Of a stretch of 64,000 nt of DNA, positions 1 to 10,124 are shown piece after piece. The stretch is from Desulfotomaculum sp. Its GTDB lineage: Bacteria; Bacillota; Desulfotomaculia; Desulfotomaculales; Nap2-2B. The DNA is taken from positions 13,289 through 77,288 of the forward strand of contig DMZI01000041.1 in NCBI GenBank assembly GCA_003485325.1. The letters are read 5' to 3'. The translations under genes and the position numbers were made by a program. Every line of letters begins with the position of its first letter. Position 1 is the stretch's first letter. The notes under the pieces were generated by a model, which saw only the letters and a list, made by a program, of their open reading frames with translations, was not told where the DNA came from and did no database searches.

Positions 1-616
1 TCAGATCATCCTTATTCCTTTCAAATTCACGGGCAACCCTGACGGAATCAATAAAATATGATGAACTATGGTAATTTTTAAGATCCGTAAAATCCCGGGC
101 GCCTTTAACAAGCCCGTCATGTCCGGTAACAACCAGAATGTCCGGATTATGCTTCCGCAGTAACTTTCCCACCTCATGAGACTGCAGTTCTTCAGAAATA
201 AAATAACCGTCAGCCGAGATGCTTAGTTGGCGATAAGTAGTAAGACAGAGTTCCAGATAATCTTCATCCCCGTCAATATGAAGAACTGAACCCGGCAAAT
301 CGAAACTTTCAATTTTATTTGACTGGTTAACTATTCTGTTTAACTTTTCGATCTGTTCTTTCTGACGCTTGGCAAAAACTCTTTTCATGTGTTCATGATT
401 GTTGGCCATGAACCTGCGTAAATATTCGGCTACTTTACCTGGTTCAAACTTACACAGGTCACCCAGGGGCGAATTTGCCATCAGACGCATATCCAACCCC
501 CTAAGACGTGCGTACTCATGACCGTCATTGCCTATAAAGACTTCAATTACTTTAAAAAAAATATCGCATCCGTAAGAGATCCGTCCTACAATATCTCCCG
601 GTTTAATCTTCTCCAT
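1..616 (-). CDS. yabG: Sporulation peptidase YabG (runs off the window edge, 3' end missing)
   Basis: Not in ORF track. Manual translation from ATG at 616: MEKIKPGDIVGRISYGCDIFFKV...GSVLHIDGDEDYLELCL...PDILVVTGHDG, typical YabG motifs. Confidence 0.9.
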   Translation of the reverse strand, partial: MEKIKPGDIVGRISYGCDIFFKVIEVFIGNDGHEYARLRGLDMRLMANSPLGDLCKFEPGKVAEYLRRFMANNHEHMKRVFAKRQKEQIEKLNRIVNQSNKIESFDLPGSVLHIDGDEDYLELCLTTYRQLSISADGYFISEELQSHEVGKLLRKHNPDILVVTGHDGLVKGARDFTDLKNYHSSSYFIDSVRVAREFERNKDDL

Positions 617-690
617 TGTCCAACCCTTGCTTCATACTATTTTTACAGTTTATGTTTCATGTGTATTGAGTTGTGACAACCAAATCAGAG

Positions 691-717
691 AACATTTTCC
701 TTGTAATTACATAATTT
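691..717 (+). promoter_or_regulatory. Candidate sigmaK/sigmaE-type (mother-cell) promoter for the GT2 gene
   Basis: AAC-N16-CATAATTT fits the sigmaK consensus AC-N16/17-CATAnnnT; a near-identical motif lies upstream of the patatin gene. Confidence 0.4.
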
Positions 718-741
718 GAATTAGCAACTATAAAGGAAAGG

Positions 742-1554
742 GTGTATTTAATGATAGCCGCAGTTGTACCTGTTAAAAATGAAGCAGCGACAATTAGGAA
801 AGTTATTAAAACTGTCAGCGGTACAGGAGTTGACCTTATAATTCCAATCTTTAACGGCTGTACGGATAAATCCCGGGAAATAATTGAAACAATGAACTAT
901 ACAAACATCTCGCCTATTAACTTTGAAAGCTCTTTGGGAATAGATGTCCCGAGGTCTGTAGGAGCGGCCTGGGCGCACAGGCTGGGAGCTGATATAATTC
1001 TTTTCATTGACGGAGATATGGAAGGGAATATAGCCAATACACTAAGGATGCTTCTGTCAAGCATCTCAAGAAAAAGATTGCATATGGCCTTAACCGACTG
1101 CTACCCCCCGGAAACGGAGAGCAAACCTTCACAGCTTGCCAGATATTTATTAAATTTACGAATAGAACTGAACAGAACTCTGGGATTAGAAGAAGCAATC
1201 GGGAACGCTTCTCCTTCCCACGGACCACATGCTATTACAAGAGAATTTGTTGAAAGTGTACCCTACAAGGAACTTGCTGTTCCTCCAGTAGCGCTTGCCC
1301 TGGCTGCGCGCTGCCGCCTGAACGTTGGTATAGGAGCGCGCCTTCCCCACGCCAGACTTGGTTCCAGGCAAAGGGATTTTTATCATAACAAACAAATTGC
1401 TGAAACAATCATTGGGGATTGTCTGGAGGCATTACAAGTTTTTTACGGCCATAACCGGACCAGGACTCAGGACGGTAAAACTTATCTTGGATACCATACA
1501 GAAAGGAGATTTGATTTGCTGGAGGATTTTCTGAAGAAAATTTTCACGCAATAA
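742..1554 (+). CDS. Glycosyltransferase family 2 (GT-A fold) protein; probable start ATG 751
   Basis: N-terminal AVVPVKNEAATI, NGCTD and FIDGD (DxD) motifs; SD-like AAGGAAAGGG upstream. Confidence 0.75.
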   Translation: MYLMIAAVVPVKNEAATIRKVIKTVSGTGVDLIIPIFNGCTDKSREIIETMNYTNISPINFESSLGIDVPRSVGAAWAHRLGADIILFIDGDMEGNIANTLRMLLSSISRKRLHMALTDCYPPETESKPSQLARYLLNLRIELNRTLGLEEAIGNASPSHGPHAITREFVESVPYKELAVPPVALALAARCRLNVGIGARLPHARLGSRQRDFYHNKQIAETIIGDCLEALQVFYGHNRTRTQDGKTYLGYHTERRFDLLEDFLKKIFTQ

Positions 1555-2025
1555 CTACTTGGTATGTTTATCAGCAACGTTTGAAGCTCCAAATGCCTCC
1601 GGCTTAATTTTTGCGTGAAAACCACTACCGGTTACCATTCCTACAACTTCCCTGATTAGATCCCGGGTTTCTCCCTGCTTTCCCACATCAATATGGATCT
1701 CAACCTCAGTGTCATCAAGGCCGCATTCAGAAAGATATTTTGCGACTAACCCACCCATTTCCAGGCTCAAAGATGTTTCATAAAATATTTTTTGCCTTAA
1801 GCTCTTGATTTTACGCTGGAGTTTCTTGCGGTAAAAATAACGCGCTCCCTTGCCAAGCCTATGGATGATAATCGCTGTGACAAAACAAGAATTTTGTTTA
1901 ACCTGGGAGTCTGTACCAATAATTATCTTGTACATCGAAGTCGGCAGACCTCGAATATAACTGGCAATTTCGGACATCATCTCATTAAAGGCTAGCCTGC
2001 CCTTGGTGGGACTAATAAAATACAT
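1555..2025 (-). CDS. RNase H-like YkuK/DUF458 family protein
   Basis: IIGTDSQ, FVTAIIIHR, EIHIDVG, KIKP..A.S..AD motifs. Confidence 0.8.
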   Translation of the reverse strand: MYFISPTKGRLAFNEMMSEIASYIRGLPTSMYKIIIGTDSQVKQNSCFVTAIIIHRLGKGARYFYRKKLQRKIKSLRQKIFYETSLSLEMGGLVAKYLSECGLDDTEVEIHIDVGKQGETRDLIREVVGMVTGSGFHAKIKPEAFGASNVADKHTK

Positions 2026-2048
2026 CTTTATACCTCTTCCCCTTCATC

Positions 2049-2957
2049 TCAAGCTTTTTTGTTTGCTAAAGGCTTATACTCCCAGCATCGCCAGCAAATA
2101 TCCGAAAACTCTTTTAGATTAAGAGTTTCCCCTCTCCGGCAGGGATCAATCCCTACAGACTGTATTATCTCTTTCCATTGCTGACGGTTAAGACCGGAAA
2201 TTAAATGGCCGCCTGAAAGGGCATTTAAAATGGTTTTCCGCCTTTGGCCGAATGCGCCGCGTACCAGGCTAAAAAAAAGCTCCTCTTCAGGGACCTTTAC
2301 GAGCGGCGCATCCCGCCTGGCAAGAAGGACAACAGCCGATTCCACTTCCGGACGCGGGTAAAATACAGTACGGGGAACCATAAACAGAACTTTGGGAACT
2401 GTATAATATTGGACAACTACACTCAAATTCCCGTAATCCTTGCTGCCGGGAACTGAGATCAAACGTGAGGAAACTTCACGCTGAACCATCAGGATTAAGG
2501 AACTAAAGCTAAATTTTTTACGCAGCAGATACGTAAGGATCGGTGTCGTAATACTATAAGGCAGGTTTGAAATCACTTTATAAGATCTTTGACTGTAAAC
2601 GGGCAATTCCTTGCATTTATCTCTGATAAGGTTGTCGTAATCCACTTTGAGCGCATCTTCAAAGACCAGTTCTACGTTGTCAATCCCGTCAAGAGTCTTT
2701 TTTAAGATTGGTGAAAGCTTTAAATCAAGTTCAACAGCGATTACCTTCCTGACACATTTTGCCATAACAGAGGTAAGCGTACCTGCGCCAGGGCCGATCT
2801 CTACAACCACATCATCATCAGACAGATTTGCAGAATCAATTATCTTGCGGATAATATTGCCATCCAGAAGAAAGTTTTGACCTAACCCCTTATGGAATTG
2901 AAAGTTAAACCTGCTTAAAATCTCCTTTAGATTTTGTGAAGAATTGTGTTCCGGCAT
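2049..2957 (-). CDS. rsmA: 16S rRNA m6,2A dimethyltransferase RsmA/KsgA
   Basis: LGQNFL, EIGPGAG, NLPYSITTP, FYPRPEVES motifs; GGAGG SD ahead of ATG 2957. Confidence 0.95.
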   Translation of the reverse strand: MPEHNSSQNLKEILSRFNFQFHKGLGQNFLLDGNIIRKIIDSANLSDDDVVVEIGPGAGTLTSVMAKCVRKVIAVELDLKLSPILKKTLDGIDNVELVFEDALKVDYDNLIRDKCKELPVYSQRSYKVISNLPYSITTPILTYLLRKKFSFSSLILMVQREVSSRLISVPGSKDYGNLSVVVQYYTVPKVLFMVPRTVFYPRPEVESAVVLLARRDAPLVKVPEEELFFSLVRGAFGQRRKTILNALSGGHLISGLNRQQWKEIIQSVGIDPCRRGETLNLKEFSDICWRCWEYKPLANKKA

Positions 2958-3043
2958 TCGCAGCCTCCGCAACAAAACCCTGGAATAAAATCCTCAAGTG
3001 TATTTTTTCTTTATATCATATTTTTATAAACAAAAAATGTTTT

Positions 3044-3847
3044 TTATATCTTAACCATTGTTAAACGACGGCCCGAAAAAGCAGCTACTTCCCTGTAACC
3101 CGCCTCTTTAAGATACAAAGCCGCCTCTTCCCAATCTTCTCCAACCTGCTCTGGAAGATGAGCATCAGAACCCACAGTTGCCGGTACACCATATTTTTTA
3201 AACAACCTCAGCAATTCCAATGAAGGGTAAATCTCCCTCGCGGGATACCTTAAACCTGCAGTATTTACCTCTATGCATACATTTGCTTTTGCAATAATTC
3301 TGGCTGTCTGCTCATAAAGAAAAGTCAAATCGCTTTTTGGACGGTAGCCGAATTTTTTGATTAGGTCAGGGTGAGCCATAATATTAAAAAGGCCCGACCG
3401 GGCAGCGCTTTGAAGACAGGAAAAATAAGCGGCATAGATCTCGTCAAGGTTTATATGTTCATATTCATTTTTATTAGCCGGGTTGTCAACAGCCCAGCCA
3501 TTGACGAAATGGACCGAACCCAGAACGTAATCAAAAGGATACAGGGCAAGCAGCCTGTTCAATGCCGTATTATTACCGGGTATATAATCAGCTTCAATTC
3601 CAAGCTTGATGCTGAGATCATTGTTCTCTTCCCGCAGCTTAATTACCTTTGCCACATAAAAGGGCAATTCCTGTTCACTCATTGCCAAACCGGGATTGCG
3701 CTCGCTTTCGGGCAGCCAATACATGGGCAGATGATCTGAAAAACCTAATTCCTGCAAACCTTTTAAACGTGCTGCCGCAATATAATCTTCCATCTCACCC
3801 GAGGCATGGCCGCAAAGATTTGTATGACAGTGGTAATCCGAAAACAA
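3044..3847 (-). CDS. PHP-family phosphatase, histidinol-phosphatase HisJ/HisK-like
   Basis: DYHCHT, FSDHLP, GIEADY, GSVH, AHPD, EVNT, GSDAH metal-ligand motifs. Confidence 0.85.
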   Translation of the reverse strand: MFSDYHCHTNLCGHASGEMEDYIAAARLKGLQELGFSDHLPMYWLPESERNPGLAMSEQELPFYVAKVIKLREENNDLSIKLGIEADYIPGNNTALNRLLALYPFDYVLGSVHFVNGWAVDNPANKNEYEHINLDEIYAAYFSCLQSAARSGLFNIMAHPDLIKKFGYRPKSDLTFLYEQTARIIAKANVCIEVNTAGLRYPAREIYPSLELLRLFKKYGVPATVGSDAHLPEQVGEDWEEAALYLKEAGYREVAAFSGRRLTMVKI

Positions 3848-3863
3848 AAAAACACTCCCTTAG

Positions 3864-4934
3864 CTATAATTCTTTCCGTATTTTATCAGATATCAGGCCA
3901 TTAAGCTGGTAAATACGCTCTGTCAGCTCTTTTGACAACAGGCCTGTGCCGCAGGCCGGGGTAATCATCGACTGCTTTTCTATAACTTCGATATCTATAC
4001 CTCGGGCGGCAAGTTCCTGCCATAATTTTTTTAATAATAAAAACAAACTGTCATCAGTAACCTTAAACGCATTCTCGTTAGTTGGAACTATCCCCCAGGC
4101 CATTACACAACCCCGGTCTAGAAATTTTTTTAGCTCGTCAGCACAATGCAATAAGGAGTCTCCATAACTATAGACATCAAGGTTGACAATATCCAAATCA
4201 ATTCCAAAAAGCAGCGACCAGTCAACCTCGTCACAGGAATGTACGCCTGCGAAGGCCCCGGCTTCATGGATTGACTTAACGATCGCAGAAAGGTCGTTTT
4301 GGATCATTTCCCCGGATATTGTTATATAACTTACCTGACCATAGACGCGAATTGCGGGCTCATCAATAAACACTATCACCGGACGTCCCAAAGCGGCCAA
4401 TTTTTTCGCCTGCCAGCGGGCATGCACAGCCAGTGACTTAACAAGAAGGTCGCGAAGCTGCTCGTCATAGTATGCTGGTCGCCCTTTTTCATCCTTTATT
4501 TGAAAACCCACAGTTAAAGGACCTGTTAACTGCCCCTTGAAATAAACCGCCTCCGGAAGGCCTTTCTTGCTGATTAATTCCTCAAAAGCATAGAAACCGG
4601 CTGCTGCTGACCTTGGAAAGGAAAACTGCTCCAGTGCTTCTGGATCTCCGGACTCTGCTTCAAGAAAAAGTGAATAAAAAACAGCTAATCTGTCGATCCA
4701 ATCCGGATGAGCTGTATCAAAATATGCCTGTCCATCTTTAATGTTTAACAATCCTGATTTAACCAGCGGATAAAGATATTGGAAAACAAAACCTTCCTGT
4801 TCTCCCTTCCCAGGCAGTTGTGGCCAATGCGGAATCTTTGGAAGCCTTTCCAGCACAAAATTGGCAGCTTCATATTCATCTAAAAATGGAAGGCTCCCAA
4901 TTCCGGTTGCCATGCCGTTGATTGATAGTACCAT
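3864..4934 (-). CDS. Cobalamin-independent methionine synthase catalytic-domain-only protein (MesB-like core methionine synthase)
   Basis: GIGSLP, HWPQLP, KGQLTGPLT, FIDEP, GVHSC, AWGIVPT, TPACG; 356 aa, with no N-terminal folate-binding barrel. Confidence 0.75.
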   Translation of the reverse strand: MVLSINGMATGIGSLPFLDEYEAANFVLERLPKIPHWPQLPGKGEQEGFVFQYLYPLVKSGLLNIKDGQAYFDTAHPDWIDRLAVFYSLFLEAESGDPEALEQFSFPRSAAAGFYAFEELISKKGLPEAVYFKGQLTGPLTVGFQIKDEKGRPAYYDEQLRDLLVKSLAVHARWQAKKLAALGRPVIVFIDEPAIRVYGQVSYITISGEMIQNDLSAIVKSIHEAGAFAGVHSCDEVDWSLLFGIDLDIVNLDVYSYGDSLLHCADELKKFLDRGCVMAWGIVPTNENAFKVTDDSLFLLLKKLWQELAARGIDIEVIEKQSMITPACGTGLLSKELTERIYQLNGLISDKIRKEL

Positions 4935-4978
4935 TGTAACCCTCCGATAACTCTCAGATTATCTTTGCTTAAATATGT

Positions 4979-5884
4979 TTAATATTCGAGAAGCTTCCGG
5001 ATCTGAGGAACGCATTCCACCGCAGCTTTTTCCCCCTGTTCTATACAATATGGGATGAGGTCGAAATTCCAGGGAGCGACATTTTTCAGTAAAGGCCTGA
5101 CGACAAGGTCGGCATAGCCCTCCAGTTCGGTATCGATTCCTTTCGAGGCAATTATATCCAGGGATTGACTCAGCAGTTGAAATATATTATTAATTTTCTT
5201 ATATGGTTCGCCATCATAACCGACATCTATTGCGATCACTCTTTCTGCTCCCATAAGTGAAAGCACTTCCACAGGTATATTTCCTCTCAAGCCTCCATCA
5301 ACTAAAAGGCGGACCCCGATTTTTTTGGGTGTAAAGAACCCGGGAACCGCACAACTTGCCACTACAGCATCGGAAACATTAACTCCTCTGATAAAAACAA
5401 TATCATTTGAAACCCTTAAATGATCATACTCGATGGCGCCGCTGACAAAAATTATTCTTTGGCCTGTATTAATATCTACGGAGGTTATCGCAAGCGTTGT
5501 TCCAAGATCATAAAATGTTTTTCTTTCCAGTTCTCCTTCCAGCCAGGTTTTCAACCTTTTGCCTGATGTCAGGCCTAAAGGAACTTTTATATAAAAGGGC
5601 AGATTAAAAAAGTCCATTAAGGCTGCCACGGCCATTCCGCAGAGGTTGGTGATTGTTGAACAGAAGTCGTAAAAGTAACCTGGTTTTAATTTTAAGGCAA
5701 TTTTCTCAAGCCTCTCCGGACTCCATCCTGAACAATAAAGTGATGCTATAATACTACCGGCGCTTGTACCGGCAACCAAATCCGGTTTAAAGCCTTCTCT
5801 GGTCAGCACTTTTAAAACTCCAATATGCGCCGCTCCCCGCAAAAAACCTCCGCCAAGGGCTAATCCAAACTTTCTCCGTACCAC
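4979..5884 (-). CDS. Patatin-like phospholipase
   Basis: GGGFLRG glycine loop, GTSAG nucleophile elbow, DGG motif. Confidence 0.9.
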   Translation of the reverse strand: MVRRKFGLALGGGFLRGAAHIGVLKVLTREGFKPDLVAGTSAGSIIASLYCSGWSPERLEKIALKLKPGYFYDFCSTITNLCGMAVAALMDFFNLPFYIKVPLGLTSGKRLKTWLEGELERKTFYDLGTTLAITSVDINTGQRIIFVSGAIEYDHLRVSNDIVFIRGVNVSDAVVASCAVPGFFTPKKIGVRLLVDGGLRGNIPVEVLSLMGAERVIAIDVGYDGEPYKKINNIFQLLSQSLDIIASKGIDTELEGYADLVVRPLLKNVAPWNFDLIPYCIEQGEKAAVECVPQIRKLLEY

Positions 5885-5917
5885 ATCCGTTCACCCACTC
5901 CGTTATTTCTATAGAGT

Positions 5918-5945
5918 AAATTATGTAAATTTCAAGAAATGAGTT
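5918..5945 (-). promoter_or_regulatory. Candidate sigmaK/sigmaE-type promoter for the patatin gene
   Basis: Minus strand AAC-N17-CATAATTT. Confidence 0.4.
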
Positions 5946-5990
5946 ACCTAATTTCTAACGGTTTGGGTGTTTTAAAATATCAAAACAAAA

Positions 5991-6383
5991 TTAACGTTTC
6001 GAGTATTGCGGCGCCCGGCGCGCTTTCTTCAACCCGTATTTTCTGCGTTCCTTCATTCTCGGGTCCCTGGTAAGAAAACCAGCCCGTTTTAATGCAATTC
6101 TAAGATTGGGATCCGCCTGCAACAGGGCGCGGGCAATCCCCTGCCTCAAGGCCCCGGCCTGGCCGCTTACCCCTCCGCCATGCACAAAAGCTTTTACATT
6201 AAAGAGAACTCCCGTACCTGTTATTTCAAGCGGCTGCCTGACCAATATTTCTAATATCTTCCGGCTGAAATAATTTTCAATGTTATGATTATTTACCTGC
6301 ACCTTCCCATCACCGGGATAAAGGTAGACTCTTGCTATCGCTTCCTTTCTCCTGCCGGTCCCATAAAAACTTACCTGATCCAT
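5991..6383 (-). CDS. rpsI: 30S ribosomal protein S9
   Basis: [13 protein letters not shown]...[19 protein letters not shown]; true start MDQVSF at 6383 (track ORF is over-extended). Confidence 0.97.
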   Translation of the reverse strand: MDQVSFYGTGRRKEAIARVYLYPGDGKVQVNNHNIENYFSRKILEILVRQPLEITGTGVLFNVKAFVHGGGVSGQAGALRQGIARALLQADPNLRIALKRAGFLTRDPRMKERRKYGLKKARRAPQYSKR

Positions 6384-6408
6384 CTTAAATACCTGCTTTC
6401 TAAAAAGA

Positions 6409-6840
6409 TTATATCGTCCATTGACCAGGTTTTTGCGCCTGGTGCGGATGTGTTGATCCAGAATATACACGCAGTTTTTTTGCCATGGAGGATCCAAGTC
6501 TATTATGGGGAAGCATCCCCACAATTGCTTTTTTAACAACTAATTCCGGCCTTGTCTGCATGAGCTTGGCATAGCTGGTTTCCTTAAAACCGCCCGGGTA
6601 ACCTGAATGATGCATCTCAAATTTTTTATTCAGCTTATTTCCCGTCAGAATTACCTTGTCCGCATTAATTATGATCACATGATCCCCTGTATCAACGTGC
6701 GGTGTGAAAAGAGGGTGGTGTTTTCCACGTAAAATCCTCGCCGCTTCTACTGCCAGCCGTCCTAAGACCTTTCCCTGCGCATCAATGACAAACCATTTTC
6801 GTGTGATTTCTTTTTCTTTGGCCATGAATGTCCTCGACAT
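6409..6840 (-). CDS. rplM: 50S ribosomal protein L13
   Basis: [21 protein letters not shown]. Confidence 0.97.
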   Translation of the reverse strand: MSRTFMAKEKEITRKWFVIDAQGKVLGRLAVEAARILRGKHHPLFTPHVDTGDHVIIINADKVILTGNKLNKKFEMHHSGYPGGFKETSYAKLMQTRPELVVKKAIVGMLPHNRLGSSMAKKLRVYSGSTHPHQAQKPGQWTI

Positions 6841-6891
6841 TTAAGAATCCTCCTTGTGGCTTTTCAATTATCTTGAAACAGGCTGATACTA

Positions 6892-7635
6892 TTAATATTC
6901 TATCAGTTTCAGGTGTAACCCACAGGCAGGCGCCGTAAATCCCGCCATTTCCCTGTTTCGTGAAGTTAAAATTTTTTCAATTTCTTCAGGTAAGCGCTTA
7001 CCCAGACCAATTTCCAACAGGGTGCCCACCATAATCCTAACCATATTATAAAGAAACCCGTTACCCCGAAAGGTTATGTACACAAACTTTCCCTTTTTCC
7101 TGACGTCAGTTTTAAACAGTGTCCGCACAGTTGATTTTACGGCTGAACCTGACGCCTGAAACGCTGCAAAATCATTTTCACCTTCCATCATCAGGGCTGC
7201 GCTTTTCATTGCCGGAATATCAAGAGAACGCGGCACAAAACAGCTATACAGACGCCAAAATGGAGAGGGTTTGTTATCGTTGTATAAGATATAGGAATAT
7301 GTTTTTGACAGTGCTCTGTAACGGGCATGGAAATCGACATCAACCTGCTCTGAATTCATAATTACAATATCCCGTGGAAGTACACCATTTAAAGCTAAAG
7401 CTACACGATCAGCGGGAATAGACCATCTCGAAGCATCGAAATTGACCACTTGTCCACGGGCATGGACACCAGCATCTGTACGTGCTGCGCCTGTTACCTT
7501 TATTTCACTTTCAGCCAAACGAAACAAAACATTTTCCAAAACTTCCTGAATTGTAAGAAGCCCTGTGTTATATTGCTTTTGAAAGCCATGATAATTAGTG
7601 CCGTCATAAGCAACAATCAACTTAATATTACGCAT
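6892..7635 (-). CDS. truA: tRNA pseudouridine(38-40) synthase TruA
   Basis: YDGTNYHGFQ, RTDAGVHA, GFLYNMVR. Confidence 0.95.
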   Translation of the reverse strand: MRNIKLIVAYDGTNYHGFQKQYNTGLLTIQEVLENVLFRLAESEIKVTGAARTDAGVHARGQVVNFDASRWSIPADRVALALNGVLPRDIVIMNSEQVDVDFHARYRALSKTYSYILYNDNKPSPFWRLYSCFVPRSLDIPAMKSAALMMEGENDFAAFQASGSAVKSTVRTLFKTDVRKKGKFVYITFRGNGFLYNMVRIMVGTLLEIGLGKRLPEEIEKILTSRNREMAGFTAPACGLHLKLIEY

Positions 7636-7670
7636 CTAAAATGCTCTTTTTGTACAGTTTTAATAAAAAA

Positions 7671-8009
7671 CTAAACGAGTTCAAGCACTACAAGCGGCGC
7701 AGCGTCGCCGCGCCTGTATCCCAACTTAACAATCCTTGTATAGCCACCCTGTCGTTCACTGTAACGGGAGCCTAAATCGTTAAAAAGCTTCCTGGCCACA
7801 GTTTCACTGTATAAATAAGACAATGCCTGACGCCGGGCAGATAACTCACCACTTTTTGCAAGGGTAATCATTTTTTCCGCCAGGCTTTTAACTTCCTTTG
7901 CCCTGGTTTCAGTTGTTACTATACGATTGTTTAACAATAAGGACGTAACGAGGTTTCTCAACATAGCTTTACGGTGACCTGTGTTACGGCCTAACTTACG
8001 GTAACCCAT
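7671..8009 (-). CDS. rplQ: 50S ribosomal protein L17
   Basis: [19 protein letters not shown]. Confidence 0.97.
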   Translation of the reverse strand: MGYRKLGRNTGHRKAMLRNLVTSLLLNNRIVTTETRAKEVKSLAEKMITLAKSGELSARRQALSYLYSETVARKLFNDLGSRYSERQGGYTRIVKLGYRRGDAAPLVVLELV

Positions 8010-8020
8010 CGTGGCACCCC

Positions 8021-8980
8021 CTAATCATCGTTCTTGCGCAGAGATAAATTCAGTTCATTAAGTTTCTTGACAACCTCTTCCAGCGACTTCCTGCCCAAGT
8101 TACGAACTTTCATCATTTCCTCTTCATTTCGCTGGAGTAATTCTTCGACAGTATTTATTCCGGCACGTTTCAGACAGTTATAAGATCTTACGGACAGATC
8201 CAGTTCTTCGATACTCATCTCAAGCAGCTTGTTTTTTTGCTCCGCTTCCTTTTCAACCATTATTTCCACTTCATTTGAAACAGTTTCGGTAAGGCCTATA
8301 AATAACTGTAAATGCTCACCTAAAATTTTAGCTGAAAGGCTTATTGCTTCATTAGGTCTGATACCACCGTTAGTCCATACCTCAATAGTCAATTTATCAT
8401 AGTCAGTACGCTGGCCGACGCGGGTATTTTCAACTACGTAATTAACTTTAATGACAGGTGTAAAGACTGAATCCACCGGAATAAGTCCGATTACCTGTTC
8501 ACCCTTTTTGTTTCGTTCGGCCGGTACATATCCTCTTCCTTTTGCAACAGTGATTTCCATGAATAAACGGCCACTATCCATGGTTGCAATATGCATGTCC
8601 GGATTTAAAATCTCAATATCGGAGTCATGGATAATATCCTGCGCAATAACTTCTCCTTCGCCCTCAGCTTCAATGCGGAGAATTTTTTCTTCATCAGAAT
8701 ACATCCTTAAACATAAACCCTTAAGGTTTAGGATTATATCAGTAACATCTTCGGCTACCCCTGGAATAGTTGAGAATTCGTGAAGGGCTCCGTCAATTTT
8801 TACTGCTGTCACTGCAGCGCCCGGAAGTGATGAAAGCAAAACTCTTCTTATAGAATTGCCGAGAGTAATTCCATATCCTCTTTCCAAAGGTTCCATGACG
8901 AACTTTGCATAGGTATTATCATCATTAACTTGCAAACATTCGATCCTTGGTTTTTCAATTTCTAACATTGTTCGAGTCAT
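8021..8980 (-). CDS. rpoA: RNA polymerase alpha subunit (alternative start 8968)
   Basis: [34 protein letters not shown]. Confidence 0.98.
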   Translation of the reverse strand: MTRTMLEIEKPRIECLQVNDDNTYAKFVMEPLERGYGITLGNSIRRVLLSSLPGAAVTAVKIDGALHEFSTIPGVAEDVTDIILNLKGLCLRMYSDEEKILRIEAEGEGEVIAQDIIHDSDIEILNPDMHIATMDSGRLFMEITVAKGRGYVPAERNKKGEQVIGLIPVDSVFTPVIKVNYVVENTRVGQRTDYDKLTIEVWTNGGIRPNEAISLSAKILGEHLQLFIGLTETVSNEVEIMVEKEAEQKNKLLEMSIEELDLSVRSYNCLKRAGINTVEELLQRNEEEMMKVRNLGRKSLEEVVKKLNELNLSLRKNDD

Positions 8981-9026
8981 CCCTCCTTCTTTTAGCCGAA
9001 AAATCTATTGAACTATACAAACGGCT

Positions 9027-9656
9027 TTACCTGGAGTACAACTCTACAATTAAATGCTCCTGGATAGAACTGTCTATCTGATCCCGTGTTGGTATACCTA
9101 CCACACGTCCTCCCTTTTGTTCCGGAAGCAACTCTAACCATGGTGGAGGAGTCCTTTCAGCTGCTCTTTCCATTAATTCATTTAAGCGGGCGGATTCCCT
9201 ACTCTTTTCGCGTATTGCTATCAGATCACCAACCCGTACTTTAAAAGAGGGAATATTTACTTTTCTGCCGTTAACTGAAAAATGACCGTGTCGGACCAGT
9301 TGACGGGCTTCAGCCCTGGAAGAAGCCAAACTTAAACGATATACCACGCTGTCAAGCCTTCGTTCAAGAAGCTTAAGCAGGTTTTCGCCTGTTACACCTT
9401 TTTCACGTTCAGCTTCCTCAAAATAATTACGGAACTGGGTTTCCAGTACATGGTAAATACGACGCGCTTTTTGTTTTTCTCTGAGCTGAAGGCCGTATTC
9501 GCTTTGCTTTGTTCTACGCTTTTGTCCGTGTATGCCCGGCGGATAACTGCGCCGTTCAATAGAACACCTTGTTGTGTAGCACCTTTCTCCTTTTAAGTAT
9601 AACTTAACGCCTTCACGACGGCAGAGTCGACACTGAGGACCCGTATACCTCGCCAT
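9027..9656 (-). CDS. rpsD: 30S ribosomal protein S4
   Basis: [22 protein letters not shown]. Confidence 0.98.
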   Translation of the reverse strand: MARYTGPQCRLCRREGVKLYLKGERCYTTRCSIERRSYPPGIHGQKRRTKQSEYGLQLREKQKARRIYHVLETQFRNYFEEAEREKGVTGENLLKLLERRLDSVVYRLSLASSRAEARQLVRHGHFSVNGRKVNIPSFKVRVGDLIAIREKSRESARLNELMERAAERTPPPWLELLPEQKGGRVVGIPTRDQIDSSIQEHLIVELYSR

Positions 9657-9691
9657 CTAATTGATTTACCTCCCGTCTTAGTTGGATAAGA

Positions 9692-10081
9692 TTAAACTCT
9701 CCTGCGCTTTGGTGGCCGGCAGCCATTATGAGGAATTGGGGTAACGTCCTTAATTAAACTTACCTCAAGACCAACAGCCTGTAGTGAACGTATAGCAGCT
9801 TCACGTCCGGCTCCCGGACCTTTTACAAGAACCTCGACCTGCTTCATGCCATGTTCCATAGCTTCCTTCGCTGCCGTTTCAGCTGCCATTTGAGCAGCAA
9901 AAGGAGTACTTTTGCGTGAACCTTTGAAACCGACCGTCCCCGCGCTTGACCATGAAATAGCATTACCTTTTGTATCTGTAATTGTAACAACTGTATTATT
10001 AAAAGTAGATTTTATATGGGCTACACCCTGATCAATATTTTTTCGCTCCCGCCGTTTAGTACGAACTTGTCGACGAGCCAT
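9692..10081 (-). CDS. rpsK: 30S ribosomal protein S11
   Basis: [24 protein letters not shown]. Confidence 0.98.
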   Translation of the reverse strand: MARRQVRTKRRERKNIDQGVAHIKSTFNNTVVTITDTKGNAISWSSAGTVGFKGSRKSTPFAAQMAAETAAKEAMEHGMKQVEVLVKGPGAGREAAIRSLQAVGLEVSLIKDVTPIPHNGCRPPKRRRV

Positions 10082-10124
10082 CCTAACACCCCCTTTTATC
10101 TTTTACCATGCTAAGTCGCCAATC

